The notes beneath the pieces are model-generated. The model did not search any database and had not been told where the DNA came from. It was given only the letters and a program-made list of their open reading frames with translations. From NCBI GenBank assembly GCA_951406725.2, contig OX597819.1, positions 14,694,001-14,758,000 on the forward strand: a stretch of 64,000 nucleotides of DNA, read 5' to 3'. Of the stretch, positions 42,315-55,858 are shown one piece after another (position 1 is the stretch's first letter; every line of letters begins with the position of its first letter). Origin of the DNA: Octopus vulgaris (taxonomy: Eukaryota). The position numbers were made by a program, and so were the translations under genes.

Positions 42315-42825
42315 CCTATCTATCTATCTATCTATATATATATGTACCTTCACATGTTGCAGTACCAACCAAAGAAATGAGTTGTGCTTGGTTGTATTGT
42401 CCTTTGTCCGTCCTTAAAACGGTGAATATCGTCAGTGGTGAGGTGAAGTCTGGTTATGGTGTTGGAAATGGTAAGGCGAGGTCATTCCAGTGTGTTCTAC
42501 CCCAGACATCATGAAATCAACAGAATCACCAGGAGTTCACTTTTTCTCATGAAACTCTTTTAACAGAATAAACATGTAAAGAAGGAAGAAGAAAGAAAAA
42601 AAGAACGAAAGGAAAGGAAAGAGAAGAAAAGAAGAAGGAAGCATAATGATGTCACAACAGGCGTAGAAGTTGCGAAAGTTGGAAATTGGCCATTGACGAG
42701 TGAAAGAGAGGAAGAAGGAGATTGTAAAAGAGATGAGATAAAGGAACTTGGAATCGGAATGGAAAAGGGGGAGAGGGAGGGATGGGGTGGGGGTGGAGGG
42801 GAGAGATAAGGAAGGATAAGAGAAA

Positions 42826-42873
<48 letters not shown>

Positions 42874-43059
42874 CAGAGAGAAATTTAGTTTGGAAAAAAA
42901 ATGGAAGATAACAAAAAATAAGGAAAACGTGACAAGGAAGAATGGAGAATAAAAATTGAAAGAGAAAAGTAAGAAGGAAAAAAGGGAAAGAGAGAAAGAG
43001 AGAAAGAGCATAAGAAAGAAATATAGGGAAGGAGAGAATGGTGTTAAAGAATGATATGC

Positions 43060-43543
43060 ACCACACACACACACACACGCATGCACATATACACACGCAC
43101 ATACACACATATACACACACATATACACACATACATACACACACGAACACACACACACACACGCACATAAATACTTATACATACACATACAAACACACAC
43201 ATATACACACATACACACATACATACGCATACGTATACACCACACACACACGCGCACGCACACACATGCACGCGCACACACATGCACGCGCACACACATG
43301 CACGCATATATACACATACACACACATATACACACATACATATACACACACATGCACACATACGCACACACTCACACACGCACGTACATATACACATATA
43401 CACTCGCGCACGTACACACACGCACGTACATATACACATACAACACGCATACACACACATATACACACACATATGCACGCACACACATACACATATACAC
43501 TCACATATTACCACACACACATATATACACCACACACATACGC

Positions 43544-43574
<31 letters not shown>

Positions 43575-43645
43575 CCACATACATACACATACGTATACAC
43601 CACACACACACACACACAGGTACTCATACACACGCGCACGCACGC
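43060..43645. repeat. Degenerate (CA)n tract
   Basis: Directly visible. Confidence 0.9.
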
Positions 43646-44029
43646 AGCAAAGTAGTGTTGCCAAAATGAAGATATAAATATGTCAGTTTGCGATATTCCA
43701 AGGTGAGTGGAGATCTAGGTTCCAATGTTTATGGCCATTAACTTTGCTGCCTTGTTGCAACGGTTTTTCGTAATCCACTTGATAAGGTATCAAACTCCGG
43801 AAGGAAGTAATGCTAGCTTCAATCCCATCAGGACCGACTTCCAGAGCTGAAAATATTTGCAGAAATAATTAATCTCATTAATTGACTAATTTAATGTTCG
43901 GTTCTAAAACATTTGGCTCCTGTCAAAATATGTGGAACGGCTACAAAATAAATCTCAAATAACTTTGTTACGAAAGAACCGTCTCCAAGAAAGCATTAAC
44001 GATTGCATTATATTTATTTTTTTTTCTTT

Positions 44030-44597
<568 letters not shown>

Positions 44598-44598
44598 T

Positions 44599-44661
<63 letters not shown>

Positions 44662-44849
44662 CCCTTTATTTGTTTCAGTCATTTGACTGCGGCCATGCTG
44701 CAGCACTGTCTTCAGTCGTGCAAATCGACCCCAGGATTTGCACCAAGGCTTACAAATTGTAAGCCTAGTAAACGCACTAACATCGGTTGTCAAGCGATGT
44801 TGAAATTCTCGTCAGAATCTATTGCATCCACAAGGTGTTGGAGAGAGTT

Positions 44850-45155
44850 CCGTGTGTAAAGTAGTGCCTTGGGGGCAAGGCTTACGCCTTGATCCCTAGG
44901 ATGGATGTGAGAGGCGGTGTTAGCAGGGGCCATCCAGTGAACTGGCAGCAGGTTTTTATTCTTATTTTTGGAGGCCCTCGGGTTTGCGGACTTGTAGATA
45001 AGTCCTGGTTTCACCCTGAAGCCAGCAGCATTGCCAGACAGGATTAGCGTCACACTGCCTTTCTGTGCGTTAAACAGTGGGGCCCCGTCCTTCATAATGA
45101 ACGTTCTGGAAGGCATCTTCTTCCAGAACAAGCAAGTCTCGTCCATATGTAAAAC
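44850..45155 (-). mobile_element. pogo/Tigger transposase fragment (DDE_1 region)
   Basis: DETCLFWKKMPSRTFI..VTLILSGNAAGFRVKPGLIYKSANPRA..LPVHW matches the Tigger DETGLFW..NAxG..KP..P motif. Confidence 0.85.
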
Positions 45156-45459
45156 CTGTGGCGTTCAATCATATAATAATATATATATGCATATATACAT
45201 ACATATATATATGTATATACACATGCATATATTGGTACAGAACGTCATAAAACGTAAACAACATGGGATACGAAAACAACATGAAATATGAAAGCATGGA
45301 ATACGAACTATTTTTGTGAACAACGAATGGAAGCATGTGGTTAGGAACCAAGCTTCTTACCACACAGCCATGCCTGCGTCTATCATATATATATATATAT
45401 ATATACATACACTCACACGCACACACACACACACACATAAACACACACACACACATATA

Positions 45460-45851
45460 TCTTTATATATAAAAGTGAAGTTGTGTGTCTGTCTCCTACG
45501 ATTTAGATTCCTAACTACTCCCACATTTTGCGGTGCAGTTTCACCAAAACCGGGTATCTTATAGTCGTGATTCATATCGAGCCATTCTGGGTATTAGCGC
45601 GCGTCTACGATGAGTCTACGATTTTAAAAATAATTTACCATCAATTTTTCCCATTTTTAATGCATTTTTGGCATATATTAGGGAAGTAACTCTCTAAAAA
45701 TTTACTATTAAATCTCAGAACGTAAAAAGCTACAGTAACCTCCCCCCTTTGTGGTTAGCCATATTGAGATGACTATTATACTTTACATCTCTAAAATGCT
45801 TATATAGTTATTTCCCTTACAAACCCGAGCAACGCCGGGCGATACTGCTAG
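45460..45851 (+). mobile_element. Non-autonomous Helitron, complete
   Basis: A|TC start, hairpin cccgagcaacgccggg, CTAG|T end, no TSD. Confidence 0.85.
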
Positions 45852-46817
45852 TATTTATATATATATATACACACACACACACATATACATGTATGCATGC
45901 GTGTGTGTCTATGTTTGTTCCCACTTCTACTACCACCACCGCTTGACAACTAGTGTGGGTGTGTTTACGTCCCCGTAACTTAGCTGTTCGGCAAAAGACT
46001 GACAGAATAAGTACCAGGCTTTTAAAAAATAAGTACTGGGGTTGATTAGTTCGACTAAAATTCTTCGAGTCGGTGCCCCAGCATGGGCGCAGTCTAATGA
46101 CTGAAACAAGTAAAAGATGAAAGATAAAAGATAAAGGTTTTAACGAGCGACAATTTGCCGCCCTTTCACCATGGTAACCGATTTATTATTAAGAGCTTTG
46201 ATAACTGAGTATACAAAAACGTTGGAGATAAGTGTTGATAAATCTCATTAATTAACGTGAGATGAGAGTTAATCCAGTTTAACCCCACCACCACCGCCAC
46301 CCTTGGTCATTGGTTATCTTCAGCGGAGTCCACTCTGCGGCAAACATTTAGACCAGGTCTCCAGCCTGAGGGCCATTTCTGTCCTTCCTTTCCTCCCCAA
46401 TCTTCTGTTTTGGTCATGAAATAAACATATGGAACTTTATAAGAATATCGTTGCTTGGAGATAACCTTTCAACCATTTGAGATGGTTTCTTTTCTTGTAT
46501 TAATATCTTTGGGAAAATCTATCAATGGAAATTATTTATGTGCTGACGGTTTAATAACACAGGAACTGAAAATATAAGCAGTGATGTCTCAAAACTCAAT
46601 AAATAAACCTTAGAAATCTAGGATAATGTCCATAAAAGCCTGATAACTAATCACCGCTGTAATTCAGAAACATCTAACAAACATCATATGATTCGAAATT
46701 TAATAGATTTTCTATCAACTTTTTTACTTCGGCTTTCATGCACCAGCTTGTATAACCGAGATGATTATAATTACTTACCCGGATATAAAGATTTCGATAA
46801 ACAGTATTGGAGAAAGA

Positions 46818-47048
46818 AGGCGGCGAGCTGGCAGAAACGTTAGCACGCCGGGCGAAATGCTTAGCGGTATTTCGTCTGCGTTACGTTGTGAGTTCAAATT
46901 CCGCCGAGGTCGACTTTGCCTTTCATCCTTTCGGGGTCGATAAATTAAGTACCAGTTATGCACTGGGGTCGATGTAATCGACTTAATACCTATGTCTGTC
47001 CTTGTTTGTCCCCTCTGTGTTTAGCCCCTTGTGGGTAATAAAGAAATA
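46818..47048 (+). mobile_element. SINE S1 monomer, tail X
   Basis: 13-bp TSD agtattggagaaa at 46803 and 47049. Confidence 0.92.
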
Positions 47049-47205
47049 AGTATTGGAGAAATGTGAGCGCAATATCATTACTTACTAGGTGTATTTTTAT
47101 CAAGTACTATTTGTCTACAGTTCTATATTTAAGAGATGAGGAATTATGTACATTATTTACATTATTTACATTTGACGGATATTTTTCCTCATCTTGTTTG
47201 TTGTT

Positions 47206-47251
47206 AACACAACATTTCGGCTGGTTTACTCTCCAGTCTTCATCAGGTGTC
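47206..47251 (-). ncRNA. Minimal type I hammerhead ribozyme motif
   Basis: GACAC-CTGATGA-a-gactgg..ccagcc-GAAA-TGTT-GTGTT. Confidence 0.6.
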
Positions 47252-47310
47252 TTGGGGAAATTTCAAACCTAGGTTCTCATTCCTAAGGTATTTTTCGATG
47301 TTGTTGTTGC

Positions 47311-47373
<63 letters not shown>

Positions 47374-47653
47374 CATTATTATTATTATTGTTGTTGTTGT
47401 TGTTGTTGTTGTTATTATTATTTAGGTCACTGCTTGGAATCGAACTCGGAATCTTGGAGTTAGTATCCCGCGCTCTTAACCTCTACGCCATATGGCGTAG
47501 TGGTTACGAGCGCGGGCTACTAACCCCAAGATTCCGAGTTCGATTCCTGGCAGTGACCTAAATAATAATAACAACAACAACAACAACAATAATAATAATA
47601 ATGATGATGATGATAATAATAATAATAATAATAATTTTTTTTTTTTTTTTTTA

Positions 47654-49378
47654 GTAAGTTAATAAACCACCTTTTCTATATGGACGACCTAAAGCTGTTT
47701 GCCAGGAATGACCAAGAGCTAGAAGGGCTGCTAACAACTGTTAAAGAGTTTAGCAATGATATCGGAATGGATTTTGGCCTTGATAAGTGTGCTAAAGCAA
47801 CTTTTGTAAGAGGGAAGCTCAGGCAAACAGCTTCTGTTAAATTAGATATTGACACTACCATCAAGGAACTTGACCCACAAGAAAGTTACAAATACCTAGG
47901 AATCAACGAAGGAGATGGTATACATCATGCTACTATGAAGGAAAAAATAAGAAAGGAATACTATAGGAGAATAAGGCTTGTACTGAAGACTGAACTCAAC
48001 TCCAAAAATTGCATTGAGGCCATTAACACCCTGGCGCTTCCAGTAGTCCAGTACAGTTTTAACATCATTAACTGGAACCTTACGGAACTCCAACGCTTGG
48101 ACAGGAAGACAAGAAAATTACTGACATCCAAGAGCATGCACCACCCTAAGGTAGATGTAGACCGCCTGTATCTACATAGAAGCAGCGGGGGAGAGGAATG
48201 ATGCAACTAGAGCTGTGCTATAAGACCTCTACTGTAGGAATGAACAGGTACCTATCTAGTACAAAGGACTGGATGCTGCGACTTGTGTGCGAACACGAAA
48301 GCAGCAAAAAGCTGCATTCTATTGTCAAAGAAGCCTATAAGTTCGAAAGGGAACTAGACATTAACATTGAATCAGATGAAGAGCCGGAAACCACTGCTAC
48401 CAAGCAAGCAAAGCGAATCAAGCAGACTGCAAAAAAGAACGGGCAGAATCAAATTGAGAGGCGGTGGAGCCAGAAGCCCCTGCATGGACAATATATTCTC
48501 CGAAGCCAAAATGCTGATGTAGACCAAGCAACAACCCATCAGTGGCTGAAGAGCTCTGGATTGAAAGCAGAGACTGAAGGCTTCATAATGGCAGCACAAG
48601 ATCAAAGTTTGTTTACCAGAAATTACCAGGCTAACGTTCTCCGAAACGGTACTGACCCTAAATGCAGATTCTGCGACACATTTGACGAAACGATAGACCA
48701 TCTCGTTTCGGGATGTCCTGTGCTGACACCAAACGAATACAAAAATCGCCACGATAGGGTAGGACAGTATATACATTGGAAGATATGTAAATACTACAAA
48801 TTCGACACTCCTGCTAACTGGTATGAACACCATCCTCAGCCAGTTGTTGAAGGTAAGGATGTCACCATCCTCTGGGATTTTCCAGTCAACACTGACAGAA
48901 CGATCAAGGCTAATCGACCAGACATAATTGTTAAAGACAGGGAAGAAAATACCTGCAGACTAATAGAGGTAAGCGTCCCCACTGATAAAAATGTATCTGT
49001 AAAGGAATTTGACAAACTTAGTAAATATAAGGACCTGGAAATCGAAATACAAAAGATGTGGAATCTTAAAACAAAAACTGTTCCTGTTATTGTAGGTGCC
49101 CAAGGTATGATAAAAAAGGGATGTCAGAAACACCTAGACAATATCCCTGGAGAACTATATCTCAAGGAAATCCAAAAGATTGTGCTAACAAGTACTGCCC
49201 ACATCCTTAGAAAAACTCTATCAATGTAAATGTTTGTGTTTGTATTACATGGAGATATTTCTCTACTTCCCCTCCCCAAGCTTTCAGCTATATTTCAACA
49301 ACTCTTAACCTTCACTTGCCCTAGGGCGCTGGGTGTGCCCCGGCAACTGATTGCATCAAACATGCAGATTAAAAGTAA
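47654..49378 (+). mobile_element. 5'-truncated Dong/R4-clade non-LTR retrotransposon
   Basis: Inserted in (TAA)n; RT, zinc knuckle and REL domains; 3' UTR of about 150 bp. Confidence 0.93.
47680..49229 (+). pseudogene. Reverse transcriptase-REL endonuclease ORF, truncated, one frameshift near 48200
   Basis: FYMDDLKLF, YKYLG, CRFC..ETIDHLVSGC, RHD, RPDIIV..LIEV, KYKDLEIE; ORFs 47680-48201 and 48198-49229. Confidence 0.9.
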
Positions 49379-49446
49379 ATGACAATAATAATAACAACAT
49401 CGAAAAATACCTTAAGAATGAGAACGCTGGTTCGAAATTTCCCCAA

Positions 49447-49492
49447 GACACCTGATGATGGCTGGAGGGTATATCAGCCGAAACGTTGTGTT
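49447..49492 (+). ncRNA. Minimal type I hammerhead ribozyme motif
   Basis: Stem I GACAC/GTGTT, core CTGATGA, stem II GGCTG/CAGCC, GAAAC, predicted cleavage triplet GTT. Confidence 0.75.
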
Positions 49493-50451
49493 AACATCAA
49501 ACAAGATGAAGACAAATATCCGTCAAATATAAATACTGTAAATAATTTCTCATCTCTTAAATACAGAACTGAAATTTAGTTTACTCCATTACTTTTCCAT
49601 TCTATTTATTGCTGGGGAAAGACTCAACATAACGTTACTGGTTTATCTTGGCATATCCCCATTGCTTGTTACTACTAATAATAAAGAGCCTCAATGAGTT
49701 GATCTCTATGTGGTCATTTGACCTGCTAGAAACAGAAATCAAAACTCTATCTATAAAATGAATCACGCATTACAACAGAGTTGAATAAGATACTTTTAAT
49801 CCACGGGGTGGTCCTTACTAGAGTGTCTTTCATCAGAGGCTACCTTGGTTGGTATCGGTTTTGCGTTCTAACTTAAGCACAATTTCAAATTTTGGTTCCA
49901 CATTTTGGCACAAGGCCCGCAATTTCGAGGAAGAGGTAAGTCGATTACATCGACCCCATGGTTCAACTAGTACGTGTTTTATCGATCCTGAAAGGATAAA
50001 AGGCAAAGTCGACTTTGGCGGAATTTGAACTTAGAACGAAATGCCGCTAAGCATTTTTCCCGGCCTGCTAACGATTCTGCCGGCACAGTTTCAAATTTCA
50101 GGAGAGAAAACAGTCGATCAAATCGCTCACAGGGCATGGCAGGTACTTATCGCCCCTGGATGATGAAAGTCAGCTACGGCGTGATTTGAACTCCGAACGC
50201 CAGGAGATGTAACTAAATTCTGTAAAGTAGGTAATTTGGCACTGTAGCGATTCTACCAGTTCGCTGCCCTCAGCAAAAAAACAAAACAAAAACAAACAAA
50301 AGAAAACACCAAGACCAACAATAACAACATCAACAACAACAGCTGTTTACCATATTGAACGGGGGGTGATTAAGTGCAGAGATAGAGATGATAAATAAAA
50401 AGTTATCAGTTTATAACAGAATGATTAAATATGTCGACGGACAGAAACAGT

Positions 50452-50514
<63 letters not shown>

Positions 50515-50641
50515 AACGAAGATGGCGAGGGAAAGTAGGCCGAAGAGAGCGCCCGAAGACTTCATATCCGGAACATCCCTCCTACCCAAAAATAGAAAAC
50601 GGAACACGGGAAATATCCTGCAAAGAGATAAAAAAAAGGAA

Positions 50642-50687
<46 letters not shown>

Positions 50688-50736
50688 CAAATGTGAACCC
50701 CGAAACATACGACCCGTCTCCTTCCTCCTTTTTCAG

Positions 50737-50754
50737 AAAATGCAAGATTCAGAG
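50737..50754 (+). other. Candidate 18-nt microexon (KMQDSE in phase 0)
   Basis: cccgtctccttcctcctttttcAG|aaaatgcaagattcagag|GTAAGG. Confidence 0.25.
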
Positions 50755-50822
50755 GTAAGGAAGGAAGAAGATACGTTCAGACAGCTATCAGACAATAAGG
50801 ACTTCGTGTAGTAGTTGTAGTT

Positions 50823-50893
<71 letters not shown>

Positions 50894-51039
50894 TGCTGTT
50901 GTTGTTGATTTTAATATGAAGGGAATAAAACAAGACAAAAAAAATAAAGGCAGAAGGATGGCTGCCATGTTTTGGTAGCGAAAAATTAAGAAAACCTGCC
51001 AGAAATTTATTATCTCTTCAGTAGCAGACATATGAAGTC

Positions 51040-51074
<35 letters not shown>

Positions 51075-52242
51075 ACTGCTACTACTACTACTGCTGCTAT
51101 TATTTAGATCTGAAGGAGAGTGGGGTTAGATTTAGAAAGTGCAACACCGCAATATTTACTTTCTGCCATGAACGCCTGGAGTTCAAATCCCGGCAAGGTT
51201 GACTCTTTATCGTCCATCCTTGGAGTTACAGTAATATAATGGGGGTCAGACTTGCTGTAAAACTGTTTCGAGCAATTATAAATGTCTTTTACAATCAACT
51301 GTATATACACATAAATGGAGGAAATTTCCCGCGGACCTCTTCTGTATGAACAACACATAGTTAAAGAAATGTTAGGGGAGACTAACATATTTTTGTGATG
51401 AGTTGAGCCTTACTTTTAATTAATCAAAAGTACATCCTTAATGAAGTGGAAGGGAGGAACTATTAACATTATTGATTAATTGTTCTCAGGAAAAGCAAGA
51501 GAAAAACTCTGAAATCTAAATTAATTGAGAGAAGGAGAAAGGGGAGAAGGAAGAGGAGGGAGAGAGGGGGGAATGGAAAGCGGTAGTGGTAGTGATGGTT
51601 GTAGAGAAGGAGGAGGAGGAGGGGGAGGAGGAGGAGAAGGAAAGGTGAAAAAAGGATCAGAGAAAAAGGATGGGAGAATGAGGAGAGAAGGAGAGGGGAG
51701 AGGGGGGAGAGTAAGAGGAGAGGAGTCCATTACATTGTCGAATCGGATAGGAAAGTGTGGAAGTCCGAGTTATATATAATAGCCATAGGACGTTACACAA
51801 GCACTCTGCTGCCAGTGCAATGCTTTCTATAGCAGAAACATCTGTAAGCTAAGGATGGTGGCGGATTTCTGCCATGATGTAATCTAAGAATGCATCAATA
51901 AAATGCTGCCGAAACAGCTGTAGTGAATTTTAAACCCTACTTGTGTTCTACTTTTATACATGCATTACATTTGGAACCATCTCTGAGTTGGATCCGTAGT
52001 TTATACTAGATTCGATACCTACGTATATATGCATCTGTCTATGTGTATTTAAATCGACAGATACATGTGTGAGTGCATATATGCATACATGCAGCATACA
52101 ACCAACGAAAGACAGCTTTAAGTTGCTCCAACGTATTGCAAGTTCAGTACTCGGCCTATCTTGTCGTCCTGCTTGTTGAAATACCTAGACTCTAGGAATC
52201 CTGCAAATGACCTACAAGCATACATACATACAAACATGTAAC

Positions 52243-52445
52243 CACATGTGAACCGTTAACGATTTTTTTTCCTCCGTCTTCTTTTAATATTAGACTTTCT
52301 TCTGTTTCTGAAGAAGAGCTTTGCTCGAAACATAAAGCCACCTTTCCTTCCTTCCCTGAGCGTCTGCTAATACTTTACATGTATCACATCCTCGCCATAT
52401 TTTTTTGTTTTTGTTCTTCGGGGTTTTTTTTTTGGGGGGAGAGAT
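52243..52445 (+). mobile_element. Diverged family A hammerhead element
   Basis: gttt-CTGAAGA-a-gagc-ttt-gctc-GAAAC-ATA-aagc at 52304-52338. Confidence 0.65.
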
Positions 52446-52524
52446 TTGCTATATATATATATATGTATGTATGTATATATATGTATGTATGTATGTATGT
52501 GTATGCATTATGTATGTTGTATGA

Positions 52525-52637
<113 letters not shown>

Positions 52638-52641
52638 TGAA

Positions 52642-52725
<84 letters not shown>

Positions 52726-52943
52726 CAAGAGTTAAGTATTGGAGTAGATAAGATCCGGCAACCCTGGTTGCCTACCGTGAAATGTGAAGAGAACTTTTAA
52801 TCAATTTATCGTGCTTTGATAAGAACAAAATCCACAACCTTCCCCCTCAATAAACTACTATTGTCCTTGAAAGTAGTTTTTAATATTTACTACGGTTTGC
52901 TTGAAGCTAACTGTCCTCCTACCCATCGATCCTTGGATCTTAA

Positions 52944-53660
52944 AGGGCGGCGAGCTGGTAGAATCGTTAGCACGCCGACCGAAATGCGTAGCGGTATTTC
53001 GTCTGCCGTTACGTTCTGTGTTCAAATTCCGCCGAGGTCGACTTTGCCTTTCATCCTTTCGGGGTCGATAAATTAAGTACCAGTTACGCACTGGGGTCGA
53101 TGTAATCGACTTAATACCTATGTCTGTCCTTGTTTGTTCCCTCTGTGTTTAGCCCCTTGTGGGTAATAAAGAAATAGGTATTTCGTCTGCTGTTACGTTC
53201 TGAGTTCAAATTCCGCCGAGGTCGACTTTGCCTTTCATCCTTTCGGGGTCGATAAATTAAGTACCAGTTACGCACTGGGGTCGATGTAATCGACTTAATA
53301 CCTATGTCTGTCCTTGTTTGTTCCCTCTGTGTTTAGCCCCTTGTGGGTAATAAAGAAATAGGTATTTCGTCTGCTGTTACGTTCTGAGTTCAAATTGCGC
53401 CGAGGTCGACTTTGCCTTTCATCCTTTCGGGGTCGATTAAATAAGTACCAGTTACGCACTGGGGTCGATGTAATCGACTTAATCCGTTTGTCTGTCCTTG
53501 TTTGTCCTCTCTGTGTTTAGCCCCTTGTGAGTAGTAAAGAAATAGGTATTTTGTCTGCCGTTACGTTCTGTGTTCAAATTCCGCCGAGGTCGACTTTGCA
53601 TTTCCTTTTTTCGGGGTCGATTAAATAAGTACCAATTACGCACTGGGGTCGACGACTTAA
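52944..53660 (+). mobile_element. SINE S1 tetramer, 184-bp period
   Basis: ggtattt unit starts at 52993, 53177, 53361 and 53545; only the first unit has the head. Confidence 0.92.
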
Positions 53661-53847
53661 TCTTTATCATACTCTGTTATACTCTATGTCACGCTGAATC
53701 TCCCCGAGAATTACCTTAAGGGTACACGAGTCTGTGGAGTGCTCAGCCTCTTGCATATTAATTCCAAGAGCAGGCTGTTTCGCTGATCGGATTAACTGGA
53801 ACCCACATCGTCGTAATCGACGGAATGCTACGATATATAACAACAGC

Positions 53848-53936
<89 letters not shown>

Positions 53937-53958
53937 CAACAACAACAACAACAACAAC

Positions 53959-54009
<51 letters not shown>

Positions 54010-54151
54010 TGCCCTGTGCTGTTTATCTTGATATGGGATTACTAGGTCACACACATATAGTTGTGATGCATGTGCCTGGTGTAACCTTATCAGATGGGTA
54101 GTCATATTTTACCCCAGTGTCACTTGGTTGGCATGCACTGCTCTCTCACTC
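54010..54151 (+). mobile_element. Internally deleted family T element
   Basis: Starts tgccctg and ends gcatgcactgctctctcactc like 3161-3717; within (TAA)n. Confidence 0.7.
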
Positions 54152-55470
54152 AATAATAACAATAATAATAATAATAATGATAATATGTATAACAGCAAAA
54201 GAATAAGACCTCGATATTTGTAGAAATAGAGGATTATATGTTATAAAATAGAGCAAACAGTAAACGGTTGTTATTATTGTACTCAGAGCTTCGAATGTCG
54301 GAGCGAAGAGCTACGATGCATTCTCGTCGGCTTTTACTGGCCACAGAGACGCTACGAAAAAAATTGAACACGAAAAGCTGACGATAATAAAAAAAATGTG
54401 TCGACTCTGAAGAGGAAGTTGGGGGGGATATGAGGAGGAAGAGGAAAAGAAGGCAGAAGAATCAGAAAGCAATGTTGATGATATCAATAAAAACAACAAC
54501 AACAACAACAACAAGGATAATGACGATGTCTAAATAGTAATAAATCTAAGGAGGAGGAAGAGGAGGGGGAGGAGGAGGAGGAGGTGCAGTAGCAGCAGCA
54601 GCCGCAGAAGAAGGAGAACCAATAGTGTAACATTACTAGCAGTAACAACGACAACAACAACAACAACAACAACAACAACAGCAGCAGCAGCAGCAGTATC
54701 AGTTTTAGTGAAGTCTTGGGTATTCTTTTAACTCCATTCATTGAGCCACGTGCTGTGACGACATCACTGCAACTCGTTTCGAGTTGAATTCTATCAGAGC
54801 AAGCCGGAAGCAACTCCATCGTCTTGCCAAAGAAACAGCAGTGAGGTTGGTTGTGCTCAGTTTAATACAGCATTCAGTGTTCTTTTCTAGCCTCCAAGTG
54901 GTTCTGTTTAGTCTAGCAGAGGCCTAAGCGTAAACAAATGCAATACATTCGCTTTCCAGCTTTTATTTCTGTTGAGAGAACAAAAACAAAGAAGAAAGAA
55001 AAAAAAAAGAAGCTAAAATAGTAAACTCTGGAAAATATTAGGAGCAAAGTATTAATGGAATGTTAATCTGCTATATAAACATTGTCGGTGGCTCAGTGAT
55101 AGGTGGCTTGTCAAGTTTACCTACGGAGGTGCAGAGTTCAAGGCTTTCCAATTTGTATATCATGTTTGTGAATTCGAAAAATGAAAGAAAAGGTGAATCA
55201 GTTGACTCGATTTGGTATTGGAATTATTTCTCCGACATAAATCATGAATTCTCATTGCTAACAGCCGATCCGTTGCTGTTTGTTTCGTTTTCTTTCTTTC
55301 TTTCTTTCTTTCTTTCTTTTATTTTTTTGCAATTCATTTTATTCTGCACTAGCTCATCCGTGCGGGCTTTTAACCTAGCGCCTGCAAAGGGCTAATTGGG
55401 CCTGTGACCCAAAACTAAAGAGAGCTAAAATAGCATGACTATAATACATCTATAATGACTATATGCCCCA

Positions 55471-55858
55471 GGCACAGGAGTGGCTGTGTCGTAAGTAGCT
55501 TGCTTACCAACCACATGGTTCCGGGTTCAGTCCCACTGCGTGGCACCTTGGGCAAGAGTCTTCTACTATAGCCTCAGGCCAACCAAAGCCTTGTGAGTGG
55601 ATTTGGTAGACGGAAACTGAAAGAAGCCCGTCGTATATATGCATATAAATATATTTGTGTGTGTGCTTGTGTGTAGTGTTTGTCGCCCCCCCCTCCCAAC
55701 ATCACTTGACAACCGATGTTGGTGTGTTTACGTCGGCAAAGGAGAGTGATAGAATAAGTACTAGGCTTACAAAGAATAAGTCCCGGGGTCGATTTGCTCG
55801 ACTAAAGGCAGTACTCCAGCATGGCCGCAGTCAAATGACTAAAACAAGTAAAAAAGAG
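55471..55858 (+). mobile_element. SINE S2, full length
   Basis: tRNA-like head, CORE-like motif, internal short repeat, conserved tail. Confidence 0.9.

Larger units (their letters stand above)
47118..49571. mobile_element. Palindromic head-to-head dimer of a tRNA-headed, hammerhead-tailed element (family C), right arm interrupted by a Dong LINE
   Basis: Symmetry axis 47491/47492; each arm has an A/B-box head, (AAT/AAC)n and a tail of about 180 bp; 47118-47300 is the reverse complement of about 49395-49571. Confidence 0.85.

Noticed and set aside
47493-47560. Functional tRNA gene
   Set aside because: A and B boxes are present, but there is no complete acceptor stem, and it is part of a repeat.
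52944-53660. CRISPR-like or satellite array
   Set aside because: Units are near-identical SINE bodies with no unique spacers; eukaryotic context and no cas genes.
54420-54700. Acidic or poly-Q/N coding stretch
   Set aside because: Low-complexity triplet runs with stops.
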